Assembly: GCA_002633005.1 (NCBI GenBank)
Contig: NMRA01000094.1
Location: 770,597 to 834,596 of the forward strand
Direction of reading: 5' to 3'
Origin: Phoronis australis
Taxonomy: Eukaryota > Animalia > Phoronida
Length of the DNA stretch: 64,000 bases
Position numbers and translations under genes: made by a program. Position 1 is the first letter of the stretch; each line of letters opens with the position of its first letter. Of the stretch, positions 37,581 to 50,711 are shown piece after piece. Under the pieces are notes generated by a model. That model was not told where the DNA came from and did no database searches. It saw only the letters and a list, made by a program, of their open reading frames with translations.

Positions 37581-38248
37581 TTCAGCTTGGTGGCTATGGT
37601 GCTGGGCTGTCTCAGATTTTGACCCCCGAGTTTACTACGTCTGGCCGCCTTTGTCTCGGCACCTGCTGGATCTCAGCACTCTAGCGGTAATCCCCGGAAA
37701 TTGTTGTTTTCAAGGACATTTTATTTTAATTTTTTTTTATTTATTTCAACCTAATGGACATTATTTTGTTTCGTATCTGAGGTACATTTTTGTTATTCAT
37801 AAACCGTAAGCTGGCGTTCAACTGAACTTCTCTCCTGGTTAAAATTCAGAGATTCGATCGGCACAGGGAAGGGCACTGGATTACTGCCGGAACTCAAAGC
37901 CTTGGTCGAGCTGTTGTCACTAAAAATAAACTGTTGAATTACTTTTTGACGTGTACCTCTAGTATACACTATGTCTGTAGAGCTAGAGAGAGCTCATTTT
38001 GAAGTTGTTCAAACATTATATTTAGATTTATGAAGCTTTAAAAAAGAATTTGAGTTATTTTTGTAAATACCCTATTTTTGCAACTACCACACCAGACTTG
38101 TAATCTTTTGTAACCATACTAGACTTAGTGATCATGCTACCTTCAAAATTAAATGAAAGCTACCTTTATGGAATGAAACTACAAAAAAATGCCAAGTTCA
38201 AGAAGGTAGGCCTAATTTAAATGTCTTAATTGTGTTAACGGAGAATTC

Positions 38249-38573
38249 CACAGGCGGNNGGGGGGGGGGGGGGGCCAGTGCCCCCTCCCCTTGGCTGCCG
38301 CAAGCAAAATGAAACAGCAAGAGCGTGAGGAAATACTGAGTTCAGTAATTAGGATTGGTAGCGGAAGAGGGGGGGCTCAGACCCCAGATAGCGGCGGAAT
38401 CATGTTCCTGTTTTTTTAGTCCACCGATAGATTTTCTGAACAGAAGGTCCAACGGTTTACATCCCTGGCCCCTGCAAATTTCGGGCCGCCTGTGCACATA
38501 CAATTGCAATTTGCCCAATTCCACGAGGCAACATATGTTGGCCACCCCCTGTGGTATCTTAGATCCGCCACTG
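38249..38573. mobile_element. MITE of the ...AGATCCGCCACTG family, 5-bp TSD AATTC
   Basis: AATTC at 38244-38248 and 38574-38578. Right TIR intact; left TIR degenerate and next to NN. Confidence 0.7.
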
Positions 38574-40646
38574 AATTCCAGACATTAATTTTACTTAGAC
38601 ACAGCCCTAGACCTACCGGAGCTAACTGTTTGGCCAGGACGAGATGAGTGTGTACCTGCAGCTATGAACCTGAATTTTTTTATCAAAATATTTCGTTACA
38701 AGATTAGAAAAGCGTAAACAGTGCTATCGAGTCGACCTAGTCAGAGACTATAGTGCATGTGTTGTCTGTAATCTATGACCTACTTTACTCCAGGAGTCCC
38801 ACCAGTTGTGACCTACTTTTCATTTGGCGAAATTTAGCAGACGACAGAATAACAATATCGGTAAATCTTCACTGATTTTATTCGAAAGATCATGAAATCT
38901 ATGGAATCGTACAGATAATTATAATTCGGCTTTAAGGTACATACCCAGCTTTACATGAACATATCGTATTAGTGGCCTTGTCATTTGTCAGGTGAAGGTG
39001 GCCCCGAGGCCGAGGGGTTCTTCGAATTTTCGCTGGCTCTTCGAGCACTTATTTTTTCATCGTCACCTTTACAAATTTCCATGTCATGAACGTACGATTC
39101 ATTGTTGAAAAGCATCGCCTCTTGTCGCTGTCGACGCGTTTTCAAATAGTACAAAAACACTCATCGATTCCACCAAGAACGTCGTTTAGCGACAGTGTAT
39201 TTGCCTCTGACATCTTGTTCGAATGTCGGGTATCACGTGACTTTTCGCATAGGGACGGAGCTTGCGATAGGTCAATTGGATTTAAGGTCCATAACTTTAG
39301 TAACTTGAGATAAACCTTGTACGTTATGTCTGTCAACTAAGGATTTGCTCTGATAAGTGGGGTAGATGCACGAATCTGTATCTACCCTGGATATCCGAAA
39401 TGTGTTTCTGAGTTTGTGATTGGTTAATGCTATTCTTTACAGTACCCTCTGGTCAACACATGTGACATTAATAAATATAAAGTTATTTTTTCAGAAAATG
39501 TAGAACTTAAAAGGTAGAACTTTTTATGTAATGAATTAAAAATACTTCACTTTGTCATGCAGTAGTTGGGAAATGTTCTTATCAGGGTCCACTGATTACA
39601 CTGATAAAGTATGGGAACTAAACATCCAACTTGTGTTAGTACTTAAAGCAGGCAAAGTCTTTGTTTTGTCTGTTGTTGTATCTCAGTGTGATCCAGATCA
39701 GAATTAGTGAAGCTCAACTCAGTTTTACTCATGTTGAATTAGGATAAGAACTGAGTTTGATCCATAAGTCATTGATGTATGACAGCTTAATGTGTCCTTT
39801 CTCATTAATAGTTACAAATGTAGCATCTAGCTGTCTTGATTAACTGGGCTCAACTGACACAGTAGATTACAACAATTTCTGCTCTCTCATGAGAGGAACA
39901 TTTATTTTTAGATACACTGTCTCAGCTTGCTGCCAACTAGCGCACTCTCTGGACAGCTTAGGAAGCTTATTGTCTAGTTCTTGCAGAGTGATGTTGTATT
40001 TTCACTCGAGTATTGTGATATTCTGGTGATTGTTTTATGCAAGGAAATGAGCAGATTGGTTTGTTTTTATTTTGTTGATAAACATGTGTAAATACTAATA
40101 ACACAATTGCATTAGTCTTGCATGGTCTGGCAGGATCAGACCTGCTGAGTTTGTTTCACTTTGTCAAGCGTTGGGAGTCACTGTACAACTCTGCTGACAT
40201 TCACTGTCACTATGCAAGTTCCTAACGTCAAAAAATATATGCTTTCACGGAGTCAAATTCTATAGTTATGTGTATTTTTTGATAAATGCCCGGACTTGTG
40301 AACTTGTGTATAATGTTCTACAAAATCTTAACAGACGACATTTCCCGCAAGTGGCCAAAGGTTTACCTTATTTACAAAATTGGCTAATCTTGTGGTCGTG
40401 TTTGGTTTTATCATTATCTCAAGATCTCATTTGCAAGTTGTGCTCAAGTCTGTTCTACCTTTCAACTATTTTGTATTCTATCCTTGTGGTAGTGCTTAAG
40501 GTTACATACCTAATCTTTATAAACAAGTCTCTACAGAATATAACTCAATAACTCACCAAAAGTATCTGAAACTTGAAACTCCTTTGATTTTATATATCAA
40601 TCTGCCACTAATTTGGAATAGTGACCTTGTTCTTTGATTTCGTCTA

Positions 40647-41756
40647 CAGTGTGCCCCCTAGTGGCAATTGTAGTTTTTTATGCTTACCTCTGTAATTTCA
40701 AAGGTCCTCAACGTATTGTCATGAAATTTGGCGTATAGACATCTAGTAGTGAGATAACGCTATTATCTCGTTTAAGGATGGATTTGATGTAGTTTGCACC
40801 ACCATTTTTATTGTTTGTAGTCTGTTTTTTGGCGTCTACCCCTCTATCAACCAAACGGTTCTAAGGATGATTGTGAAAATTGGCATGTATGTTCTTACTA
40901 CAAAGCTGGCGATAATTTTCCAATGACTTTGACTCCTGTGGCACCTCCTGGTGGCATTTTTTGCGCCCATGGCTGTTACTCCTAAACCATTAGCAGGATC
41001 TTTGCTAAATATAGCAATTGTATTTATATTATGTTCACAACGGATGGCAACAACTTTCGGACAGATCTGACTACCAGTGTGCCCCCTAGTGGCAAGTTCA
41101 GTTTTTTAGGTTTACCTCTGTATCTTCAAAGGTCCTCAACAGATTTTCAGAAAATTTGGAATATAGGCATCTGTTGGTGAGATGATGCTATCCTCCCATT
41201 TTTGGATGGAATCTGGGTACTTTGCGCCACCTAGTGGCCATTTTTCCTGTTTTCGAGTGTGTTTTTGCATCTACCCTCGATCAACCAAACCATTCTAAGG
41301 ATGATTTTGAAAATTGACGTGTATGTTCTTAGTGTGAAGAAGGCGGTTGACTGTAACGAATTCGACTACTGTGGCGCCTCATATTGATAGTTTTGTTTTG
41401 TTTTGTGCCCATAGCTGCATCTCCTTAACATACTGCATGATCTTCATTAAATTTAGTAATTGTATTTATATGAAGTTAACAATAGACGACGGCTTTCAGG
41501 CCAATCCAATGAACGCTGTGGCAATTTCATTTTTTCCGTTTTCCTTTGTTTCTCTGAAGTTCCTTGACAGATTTTTATGAAATTTGGTAAATAGATTTCT
41601 ATTAAACAAGCTATGGCATTTTTCCGTTTTCAGGTGAATTGGATGTTTTGGTGCCATCTAGTGGCTATTTTTATGAAACAAATAAACAACCCTAGGAAGC
41701 ACACCGTTTTCGGTGCATTCGTGGGTGCATTTCAATGCTCAGCATTGCTCTTGTTT
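40647..41756 (+). mobile_element. 5'-truncated, diverged copy of the HINE family
   Basis: Same monomers as 24.8-25.8 kb; 3' box GTGGGTGCAT-ttCAATGC-tca-GCATTG-ctcttgttt. Confidence 0.85.
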
Positions 41757-42243
41757 AATTTGTGAAGGGTATTTGGATTACAAAGCCTCTTTATTGTTCT
41801 TTTTAGATAAAACGAAGTAGGACTAAACTTGTCAATTTTTGGATGCAGAGTGATGTTTCCCTTTGTGGCATGTTTTATTTCTTCGTTGTAAATGTTGAAA
41901 GCTGTTCATTTTTGATGTTAGTTTTATAAGGTGAAATACCAGCACTTTTAGTCAATTCTCACTAACACAGCTCCCCCTTGTGGTTTACCAAAATATTTAT
42001 CAAACAACAAAAATGGAGCCTTGAAACATATTTGTTGCACTCATGGAATACTATTGATAATTAAATTTTTAGAACCTCATGATTGGAAGAAGAATTTTTC
42101 ATCAAAATCATTGTTATAATATGATGTAAAAGTTATTAGTGAATACAACAGAAGCATAAAGTTAACGTCACACCTGTGATTGAAGCTAGGGAGGAAATAG
42201 TTGCATTAATACTTATTGATGGTTTGCTTGTTCTTCTCTTCAG

Positions 42244-42645
42244 CTATACAATCCTTGAAGACTATCACCGAGCAGATTGTTGACTTGTACATTACCCCTT
42301 CATCTCAATATGCCAACACGGACCCCCTGGGAAGTCATCTCTCGACCAATCAGCAGCAGGCTATCAATTCATCTATGGTGGTCATGAAACAACTTCTAAC
42401 CGACGCTCAGGATAAGTTCTCCAAAATGACACAAGACAACAAAAGTCTGGCAGAGAAAATTGACGTTTCACTAAATGCTGCTAATTTAGAAGTTAGTGCG
42501 CTCAGAAACGAGCTTGAACTAACAAATAAACGACTGAGTGATATTGTGGAGGATAGGGAAGGAGTAAAGTGTGCAGAGAACAAAGAAAATGATAAAAGTC
42601 AGGATGGTATTGAAGGTGATGAGAAGGAAGCTGAAGAAGATGGAG
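42244..42645 (+). CDS. KAZN: Kazrin N-terminal coiled-coil exon
   Basis: Acceptor ttctcttcAG|CT (phase 1), donor GAG|GTAAGG (phase 1). MTQDNKSLAEKIDVSLNAANLEVSALRNELELTNKRLSDI resembles the recalled kazrin segment MMEDNKQLALRIDGAVQSASQEVTNLRAELTATNRRLAEL. Confidence 0.88.
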
Positions 42646-42676
42646 GTAAGGGGTGTTTGGAGGTGTTGTTGTATCT

Positions 42677-42870
42677 GGGGGTAATACTAGCCAGCCTCTG
42701 GGGGGTAACACTAGCCAGCCACTGGAGGGAAACACTAGCCAGCCACTGGGGGGTAACGCTAGCCAGCCACTGGGGGGGGGTAACGCTCACCCGGGNTAGC
42801 CACTGGAAGGGGAACACTGAGTCACTGTGGGGGTAACACTAGTCAGCCACTGGGGGTTTAACACACTAGC
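42677..42870. repeat. ~24-bp minisatellite (ggggtaacactagccagccactg)
   Basis: Visible periodicity just inside the intron. Confidence 0.9.
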
Positions 42871-43017
42871 CTTGGTCTACGCATTTTTGTAAATAAAATC
42901 TGTGTGCTTGGGGGGATTGCTGGAGGTGGGGGGTTACGCATTGGAATCGTGAACACCCTGGAATATTGGGAACCCCATTTTGGACACCCTGTTTTCAAAA
43001 TCCTGGATAAAGGCCTG
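42865..43017. mobile_element. Short degenerate copy of the hAT MITE family seen at 44206-45247 (another fragment at ~28410-28482)
   Basis: Shares the 3' end ttggaatcgtg.ac.ccctggaatattgggaaccc.ttttggacaccct...cctggat.aag.cctg. Confidence 0.65.
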
Positions 43018-43723
43018 GTGACACAGTACAATGGATCACGTCTAACACTGTTGTCTGATGTATCCGTTTTATAGGTCGAAGGAGCTACAAATAAGTGTCG
43101 TCAGTTGTGGCATGGAGTTAAATAATGGAGAATCAGTTATAGATGTGATAAGATATAGTCCTCAGTGAATACTGTATCAGTAACAGGGAATAACCTGAGA
43201 ACTGAAGCACCAAATACACATTGCATAGCCAACCTGAGGACCACTTCGCCATGAACAGGGAAGCCAAATACAAAATTAAAATGACCTGGAAGAGGATTTC
43301 TTTTGCAATTAACAGGATAGTCTGGGCCTTGTTGTGCCCCAGCCCCCATCAACCAACCCCTACAGTTCTCTGAAAGCCACATAAAGCAGTCATTGTTTAC
43401 AACAGTGACTAACTTATAAAACTGTTGAACATAATAGATTGGTAAATTTTCCAAAAACTGCTGATTTTTGCTTTGCACTTTTTTATAGCATTTACAAATA
43501 GCGTGTGACATCAAATTTCCCAATGATGTCATACTAAACAATAGACAAACCCACTTGTAGGCATTAGGTGTAGCTTAGTTCAAAAGGGCAATTTTAATTT
43601 TATTGAAGAAGAAACTTCTCGTCTCAGATTGTTCACATCAACTTAAGTTTGTTTCACAATCCCAACAACACGATATTATCACTATCTAGTTGGAGTCCGT
43701 GATCATCATCTCAAACTGAGCTG

Positions 43724-43895
43724 CTTTTGAGACAATCAAACTTTTGAGACAATCAAACTTTTGAGACAATCAAACTTTTGAGACAATCAAACTTTTGAGA
43801 CAATCAAACTTTTGAGACAATCAAACTTTTGAGACAATCAAACTTTTGAGACAATCAAGATTTTGAGACCATCAAACTTTTGAGACGATCAAACT
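43724..43895. repeat. 17-bp minisatellite x~10 (cttttgagacaatcaaa)
   Basis: Visible periodicity. Confidence 0.95.
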
Positions 43896-44205
43896 GCTCA
43901 TTCTCACGTGACATCACATGACGACGACTGAGCTGAAATAGCTCAAAAACAAAGTCATTGTCCCACTAACTTTTTTATTTGGTAGAAAACACGATGGACA
44001 TCAAAACAAAACACGAAAGCAAATAATTAAATGGTGTAACTTTTTGTGTAGAATTCAAAACGTTAAAATTTGAGGCACTAGGAGTAAAAAACTTGTTTTC
44101 TTATGTTGTCGTAAGAAAGTCGATGAACTAAAAATGTCATTATAGCTGATAAAACAAAAATGACATCGTACAATGAAATTAATCAGTTTTCAAAAGGGTT
44201 TCAAT

Positions 44206-45247
44206 CAGGCCTTCATGCAGCGTACGTCCTGGGCGTCCATTTGGACGCCCTAGCACTAATGTGGACACTCTGGCAAGGACGCCCAATGTATCATTTGGAC
44301 GCCCTGTCAATCAGAATTTTTCCAGTTTGGACACCCACATTGTAAGATTACTAAGACTCCCAGTTAATCAAAGAGAGAAGTTGCCCTTTCAACTCAGAAA
44401 GAAATATACAATGTATTTCAAATGTTGCAATGTTCAAACTATTTTCAAAGTATTTGGTAGACCTGTCAATCATTAGCACATGTTTGGTTGCCAGAGTGTC
44501 TGCTTTCAGTAGACTCATGTGCCACTGCAATTCTGTACTTTATATAGGGACACGGACCTTGCTCAACTCCAAACTGGTGTTTCAGAGCTGTAGTTTCATC
44601 TACTTCATCTTTTTTTGAAAACACCAAAAGCGAAATAAATGTCATTATTTTAATAATATGATGTGCCGCAAGAATATCCCCATTTAAAATGTTTGAGTTT
44701 TCGCCCGTTTCATGCTTTTGTATGTGCGTCTAAAATGGAGCAGCAGTGACACCTGTTGCCAAAATATAAACCACACATCATCTGTGCATTTTTCTTTTGT
44801 TGGTAACTGCAGCTTTGATGACTCATTGTACAGAATATAAAGCTAGTGAAGTTGATATAATAAACTTTATAACAGAATTTGACTTGAGATGACCAAAAAC
44901 AGTGCACTCATCGTTCAACCAATATCTGTAATATCTGTAATACCTGTTTGGTAAGCTTTTTGGCTGTTTTCGTAAATTTAAACATAAAAGTCTTTATCAA
45001 CAGTTTTTTAGTACTTAAAAAAGCCCAATACAAGGGAGCTGTTTTTGTAAACTTAGGTGTAAAAGCCTTGTTCAACGCATTTTTTAATTAAAAAANNNNN
45101 NNNNNNNNNNNNNNNNNNNNNNNNNNNNNNNNNNNNNNNNNNNNNNNNNNNNNNNNNNNNGGAATGCGTCGTTGGAATCGTGGACGCCCTGGAATATTGG
45201 GAACCCATTTTGGACACCCTATGTTCGAAATCCTGGATGAAGCCCTG
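44206..45247. mobile_element. hAT-type non-autonomous element with 8-bp TSD GTTTCAAT (contains gap 45096-45160)
   Basis: GTTTCAAT at 44198-44205 and 45248-45255; imperfect TIR CAGGSCTTCATSCAG; subterminal TTGGACRCCC repeats. Confidence 0.85.
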
Positions 45248-45710
45248 GTTTCAATTACATTAATTTAATAAGAGGTGGCTTTTTTAAAAATCATTTTGCA
45301 TATTTGTAGGCAAAACCAAAATATAAAATATGTACATTAAAAATCAATGACAGATTAAAACTGCATGGAACCACCTTAAGCCGACTGTGACTTAAAAATC
45401 AATTCAAAATAAATTGATTGCAAACTCCATCTAAATAGAGTTATAAAAGTTAATGACTCTCTGATTCTGTGAGTGGATGAGCTGTGGATAATGAATACAA
45501 ATATCTTTTGCGTAATGTGTGAGTCTTCATTACTTGTTACGTGTTTTTGTCCAAAAATGTTTCCTTTTATCCCTAGTCTTTCATTAAGGTGTTTAAGATG
45601 GGCTTGTGGAACCAGTGTTCTGTGACAGGAGCTACAGGCAGTTGTTGTTGGGGGGTGGGGGGGCTGTACTCCCTAGAGGAGGAATAAACCGTGTGACCAG
45701 TTTTATGATG

Positions 45711-45783
45711 ATAAGGTGCCTCTTGGGATAAAATTCCTTACAATAAGGTGCCTCTTGGTATAAAATTCCTTACAATAAGGTGC
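45711..45783. repeat. 32-bp tandem repeat x2.3
   Basis: ataaggtgc at 45711, 45743 and 45775. Confidence 0.85.
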
Positions 45784-46055
45784 TTTTTCCAATCAAATTC
45801 ACTGCAAAAGTGCCCTCTGTTGGAGTTTGAAACTTTGCAAAAAGGTTTTGTTGCAAGTGGTGCATTCATTTTTGACTACATTGTACTGTTTAGGGCTTAT
45901 GGGTTAAAAATTCACCTCCCAAATGGGTTCCATTTTTTCGAGTCCACTTTGTAAGTAGGTGGGTATCCTAATTTTCCAGCATCACCCCTGGGAAGTATTT
46001 TCTGATGTACTTGGTTAACCCTGCACTTTCTTTCCCTGTTCCTTATCGTTGTTAT

Positions 46056-46170
46056 GTGTCACCTCATGTCTAAATGTGGCTACACTGTCGTTACGTGTCA
46101 CCTCATGTCTAAATGTGGCTACACTGTCGTTACGTGTCACCTCATGTCTAAATGTGGCTACACTGTCGTT
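46056..46170. repeat. 39-bp tandem repeat x3
   Basis: gtgtcacctcatgtctaaatgtggctacactgtcgttac is repeated. Confidence 0.92.
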
Positions 46171-47464
46171 CCCGTCTCTTGTCCCTAACTAATTTTGTTC
46201 AATGTAATATTCTCCCATTAACAAATATTTTGTATTTTATTTAAGTGTAGGTATTTGATGTCTGATGGTTCTTTTTGTAGTGGTTTTATTGGAGATGTTC
46301 TGTTGGCCTGTGGTCTTTAGAGTTTCAGTGATATGCACAATTATATATTATAATGCTTAGTTGTGGTCTACATAAATGTTCTAGTAATGAAATAAGTAAG
46401 TCAGATGAGGACATGTCAGGAAATACTTGGTGTAACCTAATTTGTTGTTGGAGTCTTCAGCAATTATGAACTAGATTCATAGGAGGACTTGCAGTCATGA
46501 ATCATTCAGTGACAAATGTGCCTGCTAAGGAACTGTTTCTAAATATAACTTAGGACATCCCTGTGCTAATTTCCTCTTTGTAGTCCGGAAAGGCCTGACA
46601 GTGCTATCATAGCTCGAGTGAATGACTGTACCTATTGCCTTATAAGTGTTGTACAACACTATCAGCTGTTTTCTGCTCTACCCTTTGCACACTTGACTGG
46701 AACCCTGATTTCTACTACCTGGCTCTCTTTCCATCCAGTGATTCTGGGAATTCCATGTATTTAGACAGTCTTATGAGCATGTCTGAAGTTTATTACAAGT
46801 TCCTGTGGTGAGTGGCTCTGTTCCAGAATTCCTTGTGTTAGTACAAACTATATATAAACACCTTCTACAGGCTGTAGGGTAACTTCAGTCACAAGTGGTC
46901 TGCTTGTGGAGTGGTCATTATTTATTGGGCTCGTGGTCAAGTGTTGCCTAGCTGGATGGTCAATCTGCATAGTTACCACTCAGTTTTCGTCTTTCGGTCT
47001 CCAGATCATTATTTCGTTTCAACTGCGGTTGGTCCTTTGGCGGTGTGTACCTATAGTTATGTTGATGACTTGCAGAGTGTGTTTAAGTGGTGTGTAATTT
47101 GTTGTCAGCTGGAGGATAACTATGGATAGAGTTATAGATTACAGGAACACAGGGTATGTGAAGGACTCAAGCAGCACTCCAACATATGGAGTTAAATATG
47201 CATTAGGTGAGTGAGATGATGTTTGTTGTATCTGAAGGTCTATATCCAGAGTCCCCCAGTCAGCCCTATAACCACGCAATAATTCTACAAGTGGTGTCAA
47301 AGATTAAGTGAAGTAGGGTGAAAATCACTCTGTGAAAGTCCTGCTACAGTAATGTTTAGTATTACAGGCCAAACAACTGCAAAATGACAGGGATTCAAGA
47401 AAACAATGGTTTGTAATATTTCCCTGAAGTTTTGGGTTATTTTATTAGTATGTTAGTAATGAAN

Positions 47465-48213
47465 GAAATTTTGGGTTTTTTTTAAGAAATTCAAAGTCTA
47501 ATAACTCGAAAACGGTAAGTCTGAGAAAAAAATTGTTACAGGTCATTTAAAAGATTATACTTCAAAGAATCTACATGCAAAAAATCACGTCTTTTTCTCT
47601 TCCCGTTTAAAATCGCGCTCCAGACGACTGAAAATGGGTCAACATGCGCCATATCCGCCATCTTGAATGCAACTTCCGGTTTTTCGGCTTTGTATAATAG
47701 CATGTTACAAGAAACTAATACCTGTAAAAATTCGAAGGAATTTGTCTGATAATGCGCCCTGTAGAGGAGAAAACGTTTTTAAGCCAAAATCGAGGTGCGC
47801 ATGCGCGATCGCCGATATTTCCGCCATCTTTAGCCGGAAGTAAACAATTTCCAGTGTACTTGTAGCAAGCTTCCGGTCCATTTACTGTGCCGATTCTTAG
47901 CCTTCTACGTAAAAAATTGTAGCCTCTAGAAGCATTTGAACCTTTAAATGGAAACAAAATGGCCGCCACAGCCGCCATCTTGGATCCGATTTTGACGAAA
48001 AACAATAGGCTTCCAGGACTTCCGGAAGTACGTGTTATGTGTAAATTTCGTGATCATCGGACGAAAATTGCGACCTGTATCGTGCGAACAAACAAAAAAA
48101 AAAAACAAACAAACATAGTGTCAGAGCAATATACTTGGCGAAATTTATTTCGCCAAGTAAAAACTTGACGACAGGGCAACATACTTGGCGGAATTCTTCC
48201 GCCAAGTAAAAAT
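47465..48213 (-). mobile_element. Second HINE/Helentron-like family (minus strand) with a doubled 5' hairpin box
   Basis: ACTTGGCG..CGCCAAGT hairpins followed by A5 at ~48133-48163 and ~48184-48212, an adjacent (CAAA)n microsatellite, and internal CCGCCATCTT repeats. Begins at a single-N join. Confidence 0.65.
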
Positions 48214-49129
48214 GTCAGTTGGAAATATTTCTACTACAACCGTCGCTGTTACCTAAGTGTTCATTGGAAGATACAAGAGTTATGGAGTAGTATATACCTG
48301 GCTTACTGTTTTCTACGACAGGTAGCAAATTATTCTAATGCTTGTTACTAGTGCATGGATGGAGCCAATTTCTCGGCTGAAGCACCTACTAAACCAAGAT
48401 CTCTCCTCTTTCAAGAATTTTCTTGTACACATTGATATTGTGTGTGCGTGTGTGTGCGTGCCTGTACGTATGTGTGGACTTCTGAACATTCTGAGTGACT
48501 ATTTTTGTCCAACAAACATCGGCTGTTAATTTGTTTGTTTTTTTTTTGTCTATATCCCTTGTTCATGCTATCACTCATAACACCAGCTCATTGAGACATT
48601 GTGTTTATAAACACAATGTTGTCAATACATGCTGGTAGTGTTGGCTGATGTTGGACTGTACTCAGTTACTCCAACATGTGTTTAGTGTAACATTGTTGGC
48701 CTGTGAGTATGGTACATAACTACTACACACAGACCACACCACACTGCACCACAAAGATAACAGCTTGTGCTGGTAATTAAACAAGACCTCACCTCAGGGT
48801 GGTCAGGGTGCAGTGGCCTGAAACTGGCTGGTGTCCATGGTAGAATGTTGTCACAAAACAACAAATGAGGTCAATGATTTGTCAAGTTGCAGGATTTTTC
48901 AAGGTTTTTAAAAATGAAATTAAAATTTCTCTAGTTGCATTTGTTTTCACCGAAGTCAACATTGCTCTGTTTACATCAACTTTGCACCCAGTGTTCAGAG
49001 AAATGTTCCTATTTTGTATGATCCCTTTAAGTGTGAAAGAGCCAACTTGGAAGTGCATCAAATAATCTGGTTCACTTTTATTTTGCTCCAAAACCCTTGA
49101 TTATTTAGGTTTGTTAGATGACACATATG

Positions 49130-49242
49130 AAACAGGTGGCGCTAGTTGTCAAATCTTGAGACTGCAGACATAACAGGCGAATCGTGTGAAACAGGTGGCT
49201 TTAGTTGTCAAATGTTGAGACTGCAGACATAACAGGCGAATC
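49130..49242. repeat. 58-bp tandem duplication
   Basis: gaaacaggtggc..tagttgtcaaat.ttgagactgcagacataacaggcgaatc occurs twice. Confidence 0.9.
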
Positions 49243-49943
49243 ATCACTAATGGTTATGTAGCTAAATATCTTCAAAACTATGAAATTTAACTCAGCAGAA
49301 GTATATTTTTTCGGAACGCAGAAATTTCGTAGAATTTGATTTTTTAGTGTGCCAATCTGCCACTTATTAGGTAACGTGACCTTTTTTTAAAGAAAATTTA
49401 TGGAAAAAAAAGCCTGGGTACATTCATAATAAAACGAGATCAATAACATGACCAAACTTTGTATTATATAATGTTCTGGAATCTCAAAAACATTGTTATT
49501 GTTTCATTTCGTTCTATGCAACTTAAAATTTTCCATAAAAATAATGTAAGCCCTATTTTGATAGCCCTCATGCAAAAGTGGAAAGCATAGTATCTTAAAA
49601 TTTAATGTGAATGGAAGGAAGTGCTATTTCTGAGATACTGCATTCCCAAGTTGGCTAAAGTTGCACATTCTCCTTGGGTCCTGCATAACTTGAACTTCCA
49701 TCTTGCTTTTAAGCAAAATTCAGAGGCTCCAATCCGTCTTAATGGCCACCTTCAGTTGTATGATACAAGTCAGCATCTTGTGGACGCTTTGTTCTTGGGA
49801 ACAACAAGACAAAGAGGTTGCTGGTGCAGAAGAGTAATTGCCTAATTATTCCCTACGTCTGGCTCTTTATTCCATCCACTTTTGTTTAGGATTTTATGAG
49901 TGAAACAAGCTTGGACTCGAAAATAAGGGGTGAGCAGGCGTGT

Positions 49944-50070
49944 GTTCAGTAGACGCTAGGACCTAGCTAAAACCTAGTCAAAGTCACGTGTTCTTATTTA
50001 AAATGCACGGCAATTTCTCACGTAATCTCGCGAAGTCTTGCTTTTTAGCGAGGTCCTAGCGTTACTGAAC
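49944..50070. mobile_element. ~130-bp MITE with ~28-bp inverted termini
   Basis: gttcagtagacgctaggacctagctaaaa versus reverse complement of right end gttcagtaacgctaggacctcgctaaaa. Confidence 0.7.
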
Positions 50071-50711
50071 GAGAGGCAGGTCTCTCTCCAAGCCAACACT
50101 GTGTTTGACTGAGGTAGACAGTGGTAATGTGTGCAGGGCTTGCCCTAATAACCTTGTGTCTAAGCTCTGTTGTGTAATAGTGCCCCAGGAACATCACAAA
50201 GGTTTGTTTACCTTTTCAATTGAATTAGGTCACTTATTCTGGCTAATTTACTACAACAGTTGGTTGGATATATGTCTAGGAACCAATATTGGTTCTTAGG
50301 ATTTGTCAGGTGTTGTTGTCTTTTTCTACTCCTAAGGATTTTGATTTTTTCTTTTTCAGGAATAACTGTTCCAAGTTGTTCTTTTGAAAAATATGCATAA
50401 AAAAATGAATGTCCTAGGTATTAGTAGAATTGATAAATCTATTAGTGGCAGCAATGTTAAAATTCCAGTTTCATTTCAGATTGACCTCCAATCTTAGGTT
50501 CTTCTTAGTAAAATCAACATTAGATGTTGATGGTGTGGTGGTCTACTGATCTTATAGTTATTTACTACTGAGACTGCACTTGCTGTTAAGGTTATGTCCA
50601 ACCTTGTTTAGTGGCCTCTATTCTAACACTTATATCAAAAAAACTAAGCGTTGTCAACTAGTAAAAGTAAATATTTTCTGAAAGAACAAAGACCAGGAAA
50701 TATAAATATAC

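Noticed and set aside
42646-42836. Read-through extension of the kazrin ORF (LASHWGVT repeats)
   Set aside because: It lies after a strong GTAAG donor and is simply a translated minisatellite.
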